64,000 nt of DNA from Fibrobacteria bacterium (GTDB lineage Bacteria; Fibrobacterota; Chitinivibrionia; Chitinivibrionales; FEN-1185): assembly GCA_037447435.1 (NCBI GenBank), contig JBBIGR010000026.1, positions 1 to 64,000 on the forward strand. Direction: 5' to 3'. Of this stretch, positions 1 through 10,078 are shown piece by piece; the stretch's first letter is position 1; the number at the start of each line of letters is the position of its first letter. The notes beneath the pieces are model-generated. The model did no database searches and was not told the DNA's origin. It worked only from the letters and a program-made list of their open reading frames with translations. Made by a program: the position numbers and the translations under genes.

Positions 1-52
1 CACAATACACACAATTAAAAACAAAAAACTGTAAACATTTTTTAGGACTTGA

Positions 53-87
53 CCCCCTTGTGGTAAGAGGGGCCAGGGGTGAGGGTT
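53..87. repeat. Partial copy of the REP-like purine/pyrimidine palindromic element
   Basis: GTGGTAAGAGGGG is the reverse complement of CCCCTCTTACCAC at ~60606. It ends in GGGGTGAGGGTTA like the 53260 copy (the 63798 copy shares GTGAGGGTTA). Confidence 0.55.
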
Positions 88-106
88 ATTAGAATTAGCA
101 ATAACA

Positions 107-1834
107 ATGGAGAAACATATGAAAATTAAAACATGCTTCTGCTTTGGCTCCCTGGTTATACTATTGACATGCGTAATAACTAATGCGCAAGACCTGGGCG
201 TCACCTGCGGTTACCCAAGCTCTGCTCGAAGCAGTACTGGCGGCACCTATAACCATTCCTTATTTAAATCCCACGGGGTCGAAGCTGATTGGTGGGACGA
301 AATCGTCGAAGAAGTATCGTATAGCGGTCTCGATTACATCGGTCCCGATGCCCGGGGCTACAGTCCCAATTTTCCCAATACGGACGCAGGCGATCCGCAT
401 AAGTATGCCAATCTGTGCGCTGCCATGGACCGTCGGCCTTTAGACAATACGTTTAAAGTCGCCATATTCGACGATAACGCCGCATCCTGGACTGCGAACA
501 GGAATCTTGACAAAGGACTTGGCTACGGCTACAATCCGCCGTTCGATTGCGCAGACACGTCCAACTACAGGTATATCTGGGATCTGGATCTCAAAATTTG
601 CATTCAAAATACACCGGATGCGAAACGGTATAAAATCAAAAACAGGATGGTCATGATTTTCTGGAGCGTCAATCCGCCGTTTTGTACGAACCAGGGAAAT
701 GGTCGCATCAAAGCGATTGCACTTATGATCCGTAAACGATGCTTGGCGGATTTCGGGTTTAATCCTTATATCGTTGCCGATCAATCGTGGGTGCAACAGG
801 ACCCTGCATGCAATGATACGAATGTCATCGATGCGGTGCAAAGCTGGTTTGGCGCGCCGGTCACGTCCATGACTCTCACCAATTTCTTTGGTACCAAGTT
901 CGGCGCGTTCTGTCCCGGATTCTGGTATGAGGGCAGCAATGTGTATATGAATCCCAACCATGGTCAGCTCCTCATCAATAACCTGACTAAAACAGTCGGC
1001 GCAGGTGCTCTATCTACATTGGGTGAAGGGTTTTCGGACGAGGAAGAGACGTGCGCTCTTTGGCGAAGCGATGATTCCGTGTATTACGATTATCCGAATC
1101 AGCGCCCCAACATCCTGAGACGGTTTTCACGAAAAGCATGGGCAGACAATTTGAAGGTTGAAGCAGAAGCATGCGATTACTTTTCGGGAATGACTGCAGG
1201 AAACGGGACATACCGTAACGGTGCTATCAACATCACAAAATGCACTGATGTCAATTTGGGATGGGAAGTGACGAAAACGCAAGCCAATGCATGGCTCGAG
1301 TGGAAAGAATTGCCTCTTCCCGCCCAAACCAAGTTCTCGCTCAGGTATTCGTCCACTGCCGCATCGTCGATCGATTTTTCTGTGGATAATACTCCATTGC
1401 CAACAGTAAGCCTGCCTTCCACCAGCGGCGCATGGGCCAGTATTGATGCCGGGACCAAAACATTTGCAGCGAACGGGTTGCACACGGTTCGGTTGACCGT
1501 TGTATCAGGTTCGCCGGACTTAAACTATTTCAATATCATTAAATCGGGAACCGACGTTTCGATGCCTTTAGACGGTCCTGTGCTTCAAAAAAGACCACTG
1601 GGCGTCATGCAGGGCATTTTCGTTTCAAAAGGATTTTCACCGCAATCCGTTTCGGTTGTAGCCGATAAATCGAAGGAGTTTTATGTGGAACTCTTTGATT
1701 GTTTGGGACATAAAACCTATTCTCAAAAGTATATGGGGCAGGGAACAATGCAAACAGTCGCTTTGCCGAAATTAGCGGCAGGTGTTTGGTGCTATCGGAT
1801 TGAAACGCAAAACTCCGTGAGAGCATTGCGATAG
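107..1834 (+). CDS. Secreted DUF5010-type (GH71/99-like TIM barrel) glycoside hydrolase with CBM6/35-like module and C-terminal T9SS-like domain
   Basis: Signal peptide; WWDEIVEEVSYSGLDY and EGFSDEEET motifs; KVEAEACD...LNYFNI CBM-like module; ELFDCLGHK...GVWCYRI tail. Start may be 119. Confidence 0.65.
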   Translation: MEKHMKIKTCFCFGSLVILLTCVITNAQDLGVTCGYPSSARSSTGGTYNHSLFKSHGVEADWWDEIVEEVSYSGLDYIGPDARGYSPNFPNTDAGDPHKYANLCAAMDRRPLDNTFKVAIFDDNAASWTANRNLDKGLGYGYNPPFDCADTSNYRYIWDLDLKICIQNTPDAKRYKIKNRMVMIFWSVNPPFCTNQGNGRIKAIALMIRKRCLADFGFNPYIVADQSWVQQDPACNDTNVIDAVQSWFGAPVTSMTLTNFFGTKFGAFCPGFWYEGSNVYMNPNHGQLLINNLTKTVGAGALSTLGEGFSDEEETCALWRSDDSVYYDYPNQRPNILRRFSRKAWADNLKVEAEACDYFSGMTAGNGTYRNGAINITKCTDVNLGWEVTKTQANAWLEWKELPLPAQTKFSLRYSSTAASSIDFSVDNTPLPTVSLPSTSGAWASIDAGTKTFAANGLHTVRLTVVSGSPDLNYFNIIKSGTDVSMPLDGPVLQKRPLGVMQGIFVSKGFSPQSVSVVADKSKEFYVELFDCLGHKTYSQKYMGQGTMQTVALPKLAAGVWCYRIETQNSVRALR

Positions 1835-1845
1835 ACCGAAACGCT

Positions 1846-3618
1846 TCAGGAAATTTCGAAGGATAATGCGGTCGCGTCGTCGGTCATTTTTTCATCGTTT
1901 ATCAAATCGGTAATCGCGGAAATTACGGACCGCGGGTCAAGCGCCCCGTGCGAGCTGAGGAGTTGCTTCAGGCGTTCGGTGCCGAAAAAAGATCCGTCGG
2001 GAAGCATCGCATCGATAATCCCGTCGGTATAGACAAAAAATCGGTCTCCTTTTTTAATGGGAATTAGCTTTTCCTCCAAAAGCGTTGAAAATATAGTCGT
2101 ATCGAATTCCATACCGAGTGCAATACCCTTTGTCATATGAGTCGTGGGCATTGCTCCGGTTTCATCGATTTGAAGCAAATACGGATGGCCTGCCCGGGCA
2201 TAGCTCATCGTCATTGACTTTGTATCAACAATGCAGCACAGCAATGAAATGAATGAGGTTAAACTGAGCTTGTCTCTCATGGATTTCTGCACGTCGACAA
2301 TAAGGTGCGCGGCAGAAGGCTGGTTGGTTGCGTAAATCTTAAGCGTCGTTCTGAGCATACTCATCAAAAGCGCCGCAGGAACGCCTTTGCCGCATACGTC
2401 TCCGATGGCAATCACCAAATTACCCTGGTCATTGACGAAACAATCCAGATAGTCGCCGCTTACTTCATATGCGGGTCTGTATGCGCATTCGACGATTGCC
2501 TGAGGGAATTCGGACCGTTCGTCGGGAATCAGGGTTTTTTGAATGTTTTGGGCCGCGATCATCTCTCCTTCGTAACGGGCTTTTTCTTTCATAGAGGCAT
2601 GCGTGCGGGCCCGTTCCAAACTGACGCCCGAAACCGAAGCGAGTATGGTGATAAGGTATTTCTCTTTTTCAAAGTTTTCCTCGTTCATGGTCGGAATCAG
2701 CAAAATGATACTGCCCATTTGCTTCTTATCCGCAAAGAGCGGCACGAGAAGCGCATTTTCGAAGGTTGCCGAAGTGTACGGTTCGGCATCGGTTTTTGAA
2801 AGGGAAAAAAGCAGCGTTTCCGGCGAGGATTGCGGAACATGCTCCTTAAGGACGCGCTGCACAAATCCGGTGTCGGCCATTTTCCCGAGCAATTTCGTTG
2901 CACATTGCTGCCGGTATTGTTTTCCCTTTATCTGGAACAACACACCTTCCGTATTCGGGAAATATTCGCAGAAAGAATCAAGAATCACCCTGCAGGTGTC
3001 GTCGACGGTGATTTTGTGGGAAACCGAATAGGAGAATTGATTGATAAAATGCAATTGCCGGATTCGATTTTCCAGCAAGCGGTTCGTGGTCACCAGGTCT
3101 TCGGTTTTTTCCTTGACGCGTTGTTCCAAAAGTGCATTTGACTGGGTCAGCATTTCCTGCGTCTTTTTTTCGATGGTGATATTTCGCGATATGCCGCATG
3201 TGCCCACTATCGTATTGTCGAAATCCCATACGGGAACTTTCGTGCTTGAATACCAAGAAATGTCGTTGTCGGTCGCGTACTTTTCTATTTTCGAAACCGG
3301 GTCGCCGGTTTGAATGATTTTTTGCTCGTCCTGCCGGGCCTGCTTTGCAAATTCAGGAGGGAAAAAGTCAAAATCGGTTTTTTTTGAGGCCATTGAAGGC
3401 GAGGAAATTTTGTGCTTTTCGGCCCAGGCCTTGTTCACCCGCATAAACCTGCTTTGCATATCTTTGAAATAAATTGAATCCGGGATTTGTTCCATGAGCG
3501 TGTTAAAATAAAAACTATCGAGAGAGAGGGCCCGAAGAGATTCTTCATTTTTAGCGCATTTGCTTTCCAATTCCTTGATTCGATGCAAGAGGCTTTCAAC
3601 ATTCTCATTTTGTGACAT
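1846..3618 (-). CDS. PAS-GAF-SpoIIE (PP2C, RsbU-like) serine phosphatase
   Basis: PAS (IPDSIYFKD...KTDFDFFP), coiled coil, GAF-like segment, PP2C motifs VSGDYLD, IGDVCGKGVPAALLM, YTDGIIDA, DDAT. Confidence 0.9.
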   Translation of the reverse strand: MSQNENVESLLHRIKELESKCAKNEESLRALSLDSFYFNTLMEQIPDSIYFKDMQSRFMRVNKAWAEKHKISSPSMASKKTDFDFFPPEFAKQARQDEQKIIQTGDPVSKIEKYATDNDISWYSSTKVPVWDFDNTIVGTCGISRNITIEKKTQEMLTQSNALLEQRVKEKTEDLVTTNRLLENRIRQLHFINQFSYSVSHKITVDDTCRVILDSFCEYFPNTEGVLFQIKGKQYRQQCATKLLGKMADTGFVQRVLKEHVPQSSPETLLFSLSKTDAEPYTSATFENALLVPLFADKKQMGSIILLIPTMNEENFEKEKYLITILASVSGVSLERARTHASMKEKARYEGEMIAAQNIQKTLIPDERSEFPQAIVECAYRPAYEVSGDYLDCFVNDQGNLVIAIGDVCGKGVPAALLMSMLRTTLKIYATNQPSAAHLIVDVQKSMRDKLSLTSFISLLCCIVDTKSMTMSYARAGHPYLLQIDETGAMPTTHMTKGIALGMEFDTTIFSTLLEEKLIPIKKGDRFFVYTDGIIDAMLPDGSFFGTERLKQLLSSHGALDPRSVISAITDLINDEKMTDDATALSFEIS

Positions 3619-3687
3619 GGCAATTTACTCCCCGGTTTGCAAAAAATAAAAAAAGCCCCCAATGCAAATGGCCATTAAGCCAGTATA

Positions 3688-3716
3688 AACATATCCTTAA
3701 AAGCCGGTTATGTCAA
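3688..3716 (-). promoter_or_regulatory. Sigma70-type promoter of the phosphatase gene
   Basis: Minus strand TTGACA-N17-TATGTT, ~70 nt upstream of the start at 3618. Confidence 0.6.
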
Positions 3717-3907
3717 TAAATAATTGCGATAAGAAAAAGTTTCAAAATGTGTTAATTGTATATAAAAATGATTGGGATGTTAGTAGGTTATAGGTTAGTA
3801 ATTGGTATTTTAATTAAAAAGTAAATAATACTCAAGGTTTCAACGCATTGTTTTTTAACGATTAATCGCAACGGTTGCCCCTCGTGAGTATCATTGTACC
3901 ACAGAAA

Positions 3908-3932
3908 TAACGGGTGTGAAATACACCCGTTA
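3908..3932 (-). terminator. Putative intrinsic terminator of the GH2-GH20-barrel operon
   Basis: TAACGGGTGT-gaaat-ACACCCGTTA 10-bp stem downstream of the 3980 stop, followed by TTTCTGT on the minus strand. Confidence 0.55.
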
Positions 3933-3979
3933 GGTGATTGTTACGGAATATGAAGAAAATTGCTATAGCCGATTGAAGG

Positions 3980-5467
3980 TTAAAATGCCGACATCGCCTT
4001 GAGCGCAAAGTACCAATGACTATCGAGCGTTAAAATCTCATCGTAGTCGCGGGCGGTCAGACTGTTCGACATTGTCCTCAGATGATCGCGCGCAGCCTGC
4101 CCCACCAAGGCGAAATTCGGGCCGAACGATTTTTTAATGTAAACCGACCATTTCCAGCTGTCTTTGTCGTATTTGTCCCAATTATAGCTCATACTGGAAT
4201 CCTTGGGATTATTGGAATAACCGTTGAAATAATCGATCTGATTGTCGGGTATTGGCGTTCCTCCGTAGGTCTGTCGCATTACTTGTATTTGATTGCGGTA
4301 ATTATCCGGATAGGGCATTCGGTAATATTCAAATTCACAGGAAAGAACATCAAGGAATTTAAATGCCGGCACATTGAGGCCGAAGGTGACCGGAATACGC
4401 TGCCAAAGCTTATCGTAATAGTCGCCCTGGTTTTCCAATCCCAAAATGTTCACCTCGCCGTAAATCTTGGCATCATTTTCACCAAAAACGCTCGCAACCC
4501 TGTCTGGCAACAGTCCTTTTAAATCAATTGACATACGTCCCATAAGTTTGATGCCGGTGAAGGTATAATAGGCGGTATCCCCTCCAACGGTGTCGATTTT
4601 CCCCGGGGTTTGCGGATCCGGAACATAGACGCCGTTTTTCAAATAGAACGGCACGGTTTCGCCGAAAATGTCTTTTCTCCGCGTGGTCAGGGAATCGTTT
4701 GCAGGAGTGAATCGCGCCAAATCGATGCCGCTGCCGATTTCCAAAACTTTTCCGAGTTTTATACTGCTGAGCCAGGAATACGAAATATCGTAGAGCGGAT
4801 ACATCTGCATTTCCGTAGTGACAAGCAAATCGTTTTTCCAGATGCCGAAAGCGGTCGAGCTGACGCGCAGTCCGGTAAGAACCGAAGCGGTTTTGTCGAA
4901 ATCGGATCTCAGCCAGCCCGGGTATGTCCCGCTTCGAAACAAATTCTCGCCAAGGTTCCGGACATCGGGGTTGTATTTATAAGGAAAAACACCAAGGCCT
5001 ATCTCGGCGGTAAAAACATCATCAGGCACGCCGAAGAAATTTTCGTTATCAAGATAGTAAATGCTTTGCGCCTGGATGAGTGAGACTGTGTTTTCACCCA
5101 AGGCCGGTTGGAGTTGACCAAAGGTACCTTGTATGAGCGGATGGGTGTTGAACCACAAATAACCTTCAATGCTTCCAAAAATGGAAAAGTGTTTATTGAT
5201 GCGGGAACGAAACGTGAAATCCATCACCACATTATTATAGAGTTGCGGCGACTGTTCGTTGCCATACCATTTGGAAGAATTGACCCGGGTCATCATAAAA
5301 CCTGCGGTATCCGATATCGAAATCGCAGGGAGTTTTTCCGTTACTGCGGAATCGTTTGCACCGGATGCGTGCAATACCATAAAAGCAAAAACTATCATGT
5401 TGAAAAAAAACTTGTAAGTATTGTGCTGTGACAAAGAAACCTCCTCATGACAAAAGATTTGGTACAT
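3980..5467 (-). CDS. Hypothetical exported protein, probable outer-membrane beta-barrel
   Basis: Signal-like segment, alternating hydrophobic beta-strands, C-terminal WYFALKAMSAF ending in Phe. Starts 3 nt after the GH20 stop; exact start uncertain. Confidence 0.55.
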   Translation of the reverse strand: MYQIFCHEEVSLSQHNTYKFFFNMIVFAFMVLHASGANDSAVTEKLPAISISDTAGFMMTRVNSSKWYGNEQSPQLYNNVVMDFTFRSRINKHFSIFGSIEGYLWFNTHPLIQGTFGQLQPALGENTVSLIQAQSIYYLDNENFFGVPDDVFTAEIGLGVFPYKYNPDVRNLGENLFRSGTYPGWLRSDFDKTASVLTGLRVSSTAFGIWKNDLLVTTEMQMYPLYDISYSWLSSIKLGKVLEIGSGIDLARFTPANDSLTTRRKDIFGETVPFYLKNGVYVPDPQTPGKIDTVGGDTAYYTFTGIKLMGRMSIDLKGLLPDRVASVFGENDAKIYGEVNILGLENQGDYYDKLWQRIPVTFGLNVPAFKFLDVLSCEFEYYRMPYPDNYRNQIQVMRQTYGGTPIPDNQIDYFNGYSNNPKDSSMSYNWDKYDKDSWKWSVYIKKSFGPNFALVGQAARDHLRTMSNSLTARDYDEILTLDSHWYFALKAMSAF

Positions 5468-5470
5468 ACC

Positions 5471-7348
5471 CTATTTAACAAGGACTTTTCGAACAAGAAA
5501 TCCATTATTGTCAACCACGAAATACAACCCTTTGGCAATCGGGTTAAATCCGGACAAATTTGCCGGGGCATTCTTATTATAACCGGCTAAGGTCCGTCCG
5601 CGAACGTCGATGACTTTGTATTCTCTGTCTGAAAGCAGCTTGAAATCAGACAAGACAGGAGGTCTTGCGCCATGATAAACCAGTGATGTGCCGGCAACAG
5701 GAATCAGTTGCCAATTATAATTGGACAAGGCGTTCGTCGCAGCCCCGCTGTCGGACGCGCATCTGTTGAAGACAACGGTCGGGTCCTGTTTATACCAGCG
5801 TATGCCGAGACAGTCGAACCTGCAACCAATATCGGCCAACCGCGAACTGAAATTGGCCCAATTCAAACTGCTCGCAGGCGACCAACCAAGTTCCGCCACC
5901 GCAGCCATGCGGGGAAACATGTCTCTGTCGGTTATCCCGTTTGCCTCGCCCGACATTTCGGTCCACATCGCGGATTCTATTCCGTAATGATTGACAATAG
6001 ATCCCGATGCGCCGTACAATACCTGGAGGGTGACCATGCTCGTTTTTGTGCACCAGGGGTTATAACCGACGCCGGGTCCTTCGGCCTGGTCGAAATAAAC
6101 GTGGCTGCACCAGGTGAAAATCGTGTTCGGCCTGTCGTTGGCCGCATGATGTATTTGGGTTATTGATGTTGGATTCTGCCAATAGCCGTAAGTATCTTCC
6201 CAGCCGATCGCCTTTCTGCCCAGGCTATTGACGATTGCTTCAACCCGTTTGATGAAATTGATAAACGAGGTTCCCGACACCGGACATTCGTCCCCGCCTA
6301 TATGCAGATACGGGGAGGGGAACACATTCGCCACCTGAGTCCAGACCGTCTTTGCAAAAGTATCGATAACCGCCGGGATCCCGTTAGTTATTGACAAACA
6401 GCTATTTCCAACTCCGGTACCGACATAGAGCGCGTTACAAGGAGCCCAGCAATTTGCCGAAATGGTGATACCCGCCTGCGCAAACGCGGCAATGGCCGAC
6501 TGTATATGGCCGGGCATGTCTATTTCCGGGATAATGGTTATTTTCCGTTCAAGGGCGTACTTGACCAAAGAGTCCCTAAGCTGCGCCTGCGTGTAATACC
6601 AAACCGTTCCCGCCGGGGGATGGGCACCTTCACAATCCGACGCCGCGCCTATCGTTATCAGGTTGTTGTAGGCCGCAAGCGTTGCGCCGGTGGCCGATGC
6701 GGGCGGCGTGATTTGCATGCGCCATCCCTGATCGTCTGTCAAATGAAGGTGCAGGATGTTTTCTTTGAAAAGCGCCATACGGTCGATAAGCTGCCGCAAA
6801 TAGGCGATACTGTGAAAATGCCGTGCCACATCAAAATGGGTGCCTCTATGGGGAAATCTGGGGAAATCCGTGATAACGCAACCCGGCAGTTTTTGCGGGG
6901 CATTGATGCGCTTTCCGATTTCGATTTGCGGCGGCAACATTTGACGTATGGTTTGCACTCCGTAAAACTGCCCGGTCGCGGTCTGCGCGGCGATGACGAT
7001 GCTGTCTTTCGTAATAGTCAATAAATAGCCCTCGTTTCCCAGCGCCGCGTTAACGACTTTTTCGATCTTGATTACGGCATTTTCCCTGCCGATCGCTCGC
7101 GATGCGGTGTCCCACACGTCCGGATTGGCCGCGTGCAATTGGTCGATGATTTTCTTGATCCAGCACACGGTGGAATCCGAGGTCGCGCCGTCGGAGAATA
7201 TCGACACGGATTTCGGTATTGTAAATGAATCGGCCCTTTCGACAACCGATACCGGTACGGGGACAAGGTGGCCAACGTCGGCAAGCGTTTTTCCGATCGT
7301 CAGCATGAAAAACATTAACGTTAATTGACCTAAGCATCGAATTTTCAT
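5471..7348 (-). CDS. GH20 beta-N-acetylhexosaminidase with C-terminal T9SS-like domain
   Basis: DFPRFPHRG, DVARHF, HLHLTDDQGWR, IPEIDMPGH and catalytic HIGGDE. Start set at MKIRC, after an AGGAG RBS. Confidence 0.92.
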   Translation of the reverse strand: MKIRCLGQLTLMFFMLTIGKTLADVGHLVPVPVSVVERADSFTIPKSVSIFSDGATSDSTVCWIKKIIDQLHAANPDVWDTASRAIGRENAVIKIEKVVNAALGNEGYLLTITKDSIVIAAQTATGQFYGVQTIRQMLPPQIEIGKRINAPQKLPGCVITDFPRFPHRGTHFDVARHFHSIAYLRQLIDRMALFKENILHLHLTDDQGWRMQITPPASATGATLAAYNNLITIGAASDCEGAHPPAGTVWYYTQAQLRDSLVKYALERKITIIPEIDMPGHIQSAIAAFAQAGITISANCWAPCNALYVGTGVGNSCLSITNGIPAVIDTFAKTVWTQVANVFPSPYLHIGGDECPVSGTSFINFIKRVEAIVNSLGRKAIGWEDTYGYWQNPTSITQIHHAANDRPNTIFTWCSHVYFDQAEGPGVGYNPWCTKTSMVTLQVLYGASGSIVNHYGIESAMWTEMSGEANGITDRDMFPRMAAVAELGWSPASSLNWANFSSRLADIGCRFDCLGIRWYKQDPTVVFNRCASDSGAATNALSNYNWQLIPVAGTSLVYHGARPPVLSDFKLLSDREYKVIDVRGRTLAGYNKNAPANLSGFNPIAKGLYFVVDNNGFLVRKVLVK

Positions 7349-7437
7349 TTTTTTTATCTCCTTTTTGCTCACCCGTTTTCCTTCAAGGTGAGGCATGATG
7401 TAAATATCTTGTCGTTTTATTGCAAACTATTTCAGAA

Positions 7438-9844
7438 TCACGGCACAATAATTTTTTGAAGCCACTGTTCCTTTGCACTTTTTATTCGCACCGAGTACGC
7501 ACCCGAACCAAGGGGAGTCCTGTTCAGTGGAACGGTTTGCATCCCTTCGTGCAGGTGCAGTTTCTTAACAAACGCAACGCGCGTCCCGTCGAGCGAATAC
7601 ACTGCAATTTCCGCATCTTCCGAGCGCGGCATGGCTAGCCGGAAGGTTGTTCTGCCGGATGCGACACGAAGCGGGACAGTTTCGAGTTTTCCCAAGAATT
7701 CCATGCGAGTGGCCGAAACCGGCGCTGCAGGCAGGTTCTTGAGGATAATGGTATCACGGGCGACCACTTTATTGTTTACGTACCCTTCGGCATACAGGAC
7801 GTTATACTTGATATTTGCGGCGGTCCACTGAAACCGGGTCTTTATGGTGTTCTCGCCCGCATCGCGGGTTCGCTTTCCAAAACGATGCACTGCCGATGGC
7901 ATTGAACAATTCGACTTGTTCGCAGTTGCTGTAAACCCACACGTTTTTGGCTGCAGGAGCCGTCCAACGGTCGAGCCAGGTATGGGATACTATGTATACC
8001 ATGGGCGCTTTTGCACCGTCGGTGTAAAAACTTTTATAAAAGAAAGCAACATCCTTAGGCGTTGTATGGTCGTAAAGGAAAAGCCCTTTTTGATTTTGAT
8101 AATTTATCGTATTGCCGGAAGCAGCGACACGATCGGCGCGAGGTGATGCAAAATCGCCCAGTAACCAAACGCAATGACCGGGGAAAAGCGTTTTTCGCGC
8201 TTCACCCCTGGCGACAAACGCTTCGTGAAGCAGGCATGCATATTCCTGGCTCCAATCGCCAAGCACTTGCGTACCTGGCTCTTTATGGCGTTCTATTGCT
8301 GCGTCGGCGCCGTACTCGCCGATAAGCTGGGTCGGAGCGTAAGAGTTGTATGTGCCATGGTACCACCCTGTCCAATCCTGGGGAGCAAAGGCGTCGACAA
8401 GAGGAAAATTGGAAGCGTATTTTAGTCCGCAAGCTGTTGTGGGCCTTGTCGGGTCGAGCGAATGGGCCAACGTGTTCATCGTCGTTGTATATGAGTTTAT
8501 CATTGCTTCGGTAAGGTTGGGATCGACGACGCTCACCGACTGGTCGTATTCGTTTCCCATGCTCCAAAGCAGTGCGCTCGGATGGTTATAATTCTGTCGT
8601 ATTATTTCCGTAAGCTGGCTTTTTGCATTGTCAAGGAATGCGGGATCCCGCGACATGCCGACCGTGACCGGACACTCGATAAAAAGGAGTATACCGAGTT
8701 GATCGCAGGCTTGCATGACGCTTGGGGCAGGAGGGTAATGCGCATGACGCATGAAATTGAACCCCATGCTCTTGATAAGTTCGATATCGTAACGGTTTTG
8801 TTCGTCGGTAAGTGCATATCCGTATCCCTGACGGTCCTGATGACGGTTTATGCCCCGTAAAAAGAAATTAGCGCCGTTAAGTGTAAATGGGCCGTTGGGC
8901 CTTGGGGGAGTGAACCAGCGGAACCCGAGCGGACTTTCACATTGGTCGATATTCTCCCCGGCAACAGACAATGATGAATATACTTTGTAAAGATACGGTG
9001 CGACGGGTGACCACAAAATCGGGTTTGCGACCGCCGTGCTCGTTTGGTCGAAGGTAAAAAGTTCGCCGGCGGCAATGTCCTGGGTGTTTGTCATAGTCTT
9101 GACAAGAGCTCCGGTTGAATCAAGGACAGTCGTTGTCAGCTTGACCGATTGCGAGGCGGCGGTATAGTTTTTGACCTCGGTTTTAACCCGTACCAAAGAA
9201 GATGCTGCGGAAAGGCCGGGGGTGGAAACGAAGGTTGCCTCGATCTTTTCTTTATCGGTGATGGTGACCCACACGTTCCGGTAAATGCCTCCGTATACCG
9301 CATAGTCGTAACTTGCAGGATAGGTGCCGAACGGTGTGTACATCCATGGCGCTACCGTCGGATCATTGGCGCTGTTGACTTTCACTGCAAGGACATTTTC
9401 GCTTCCGAAAAGGATTTTTGGGGTTAAATCAAAGGAGAAAGCGGTATATCCCCCTTTATGCCGTCCGAGTAATGTTCCATTGAGCCAGACGTCCGTAACG
9501 AGCGCCGCAGCTTCAAATTCTATAAAGATCTGTTTGCCTTGATATTGATTATCTATAGTAAAACGCGTACGATACCATCCTATGCCCCGGTACATTTTAG
9601 GGCCGGTCATGATATCGTTATTCACCTTATCGATACCGCCGTTGAAATCATGCGGAATCGTGATGCTTTGCCAACTTGCATCGTCGAAGTTTGTCTGTTC
9701 GGCATTAGCCATATCCGCTTTCTTAAATTTCCACTGCAAGGTGTTTATCATGTAATGTTGTCTGGTAAAAGCGGCATTAATTAGGCCTGCCATAATAAAA
9801 AAACAAATCATGGTTTTAACATAAAGTAGATACCTTTTCCCCAT
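7438..9844 (-). pseudogene. GH2 beta-galactosidase-like enzyme with a +1 frameshift at ~7879-7882 (pseudogene or sequencing error)
   Basis: LRGINRHQD, RHAHYP, NHPSALLWSMGNE and GEYG motifs. ORF 7438..7902 continues the match to paralog 31283..33637 (SFGKR...TRFQWTAANIKYNVLYA); an extra base lies in an A4 run. Confidence 0.85.
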
Positions 9845-9900
9845 AAAACCTCCTTTAAAAGCGGTGTTTGCCGTTAAATGCGCCGAAAAATATAATTAAT

Positions 9901-10004
9901 TTCTATAAAATTTGGAAACATAAAATGTAAAATAATGCCAATTTAAATTTAATAAAGCCAAATAAATATAATTAACATAAAATATTCTAATAAAAATGGA
10001 AACA
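9901..10004. promoter_or_regulatory. Pair of motif-A sites (TTCTA-N7-TGGAAACA) upstream of GH2
   Basis: TGGAAACA at 9913 and 9997, 84 bp apart, with GTAAAATAATG between them. Confidence 0.55.
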
Positions 10005-10078
10005 AAGGGTCCGCAAAATCGTCTCCTGTATTCTTTGCGATGAACAGTGTCGCCAGTATCAAGAAATTAGGAAATGCT

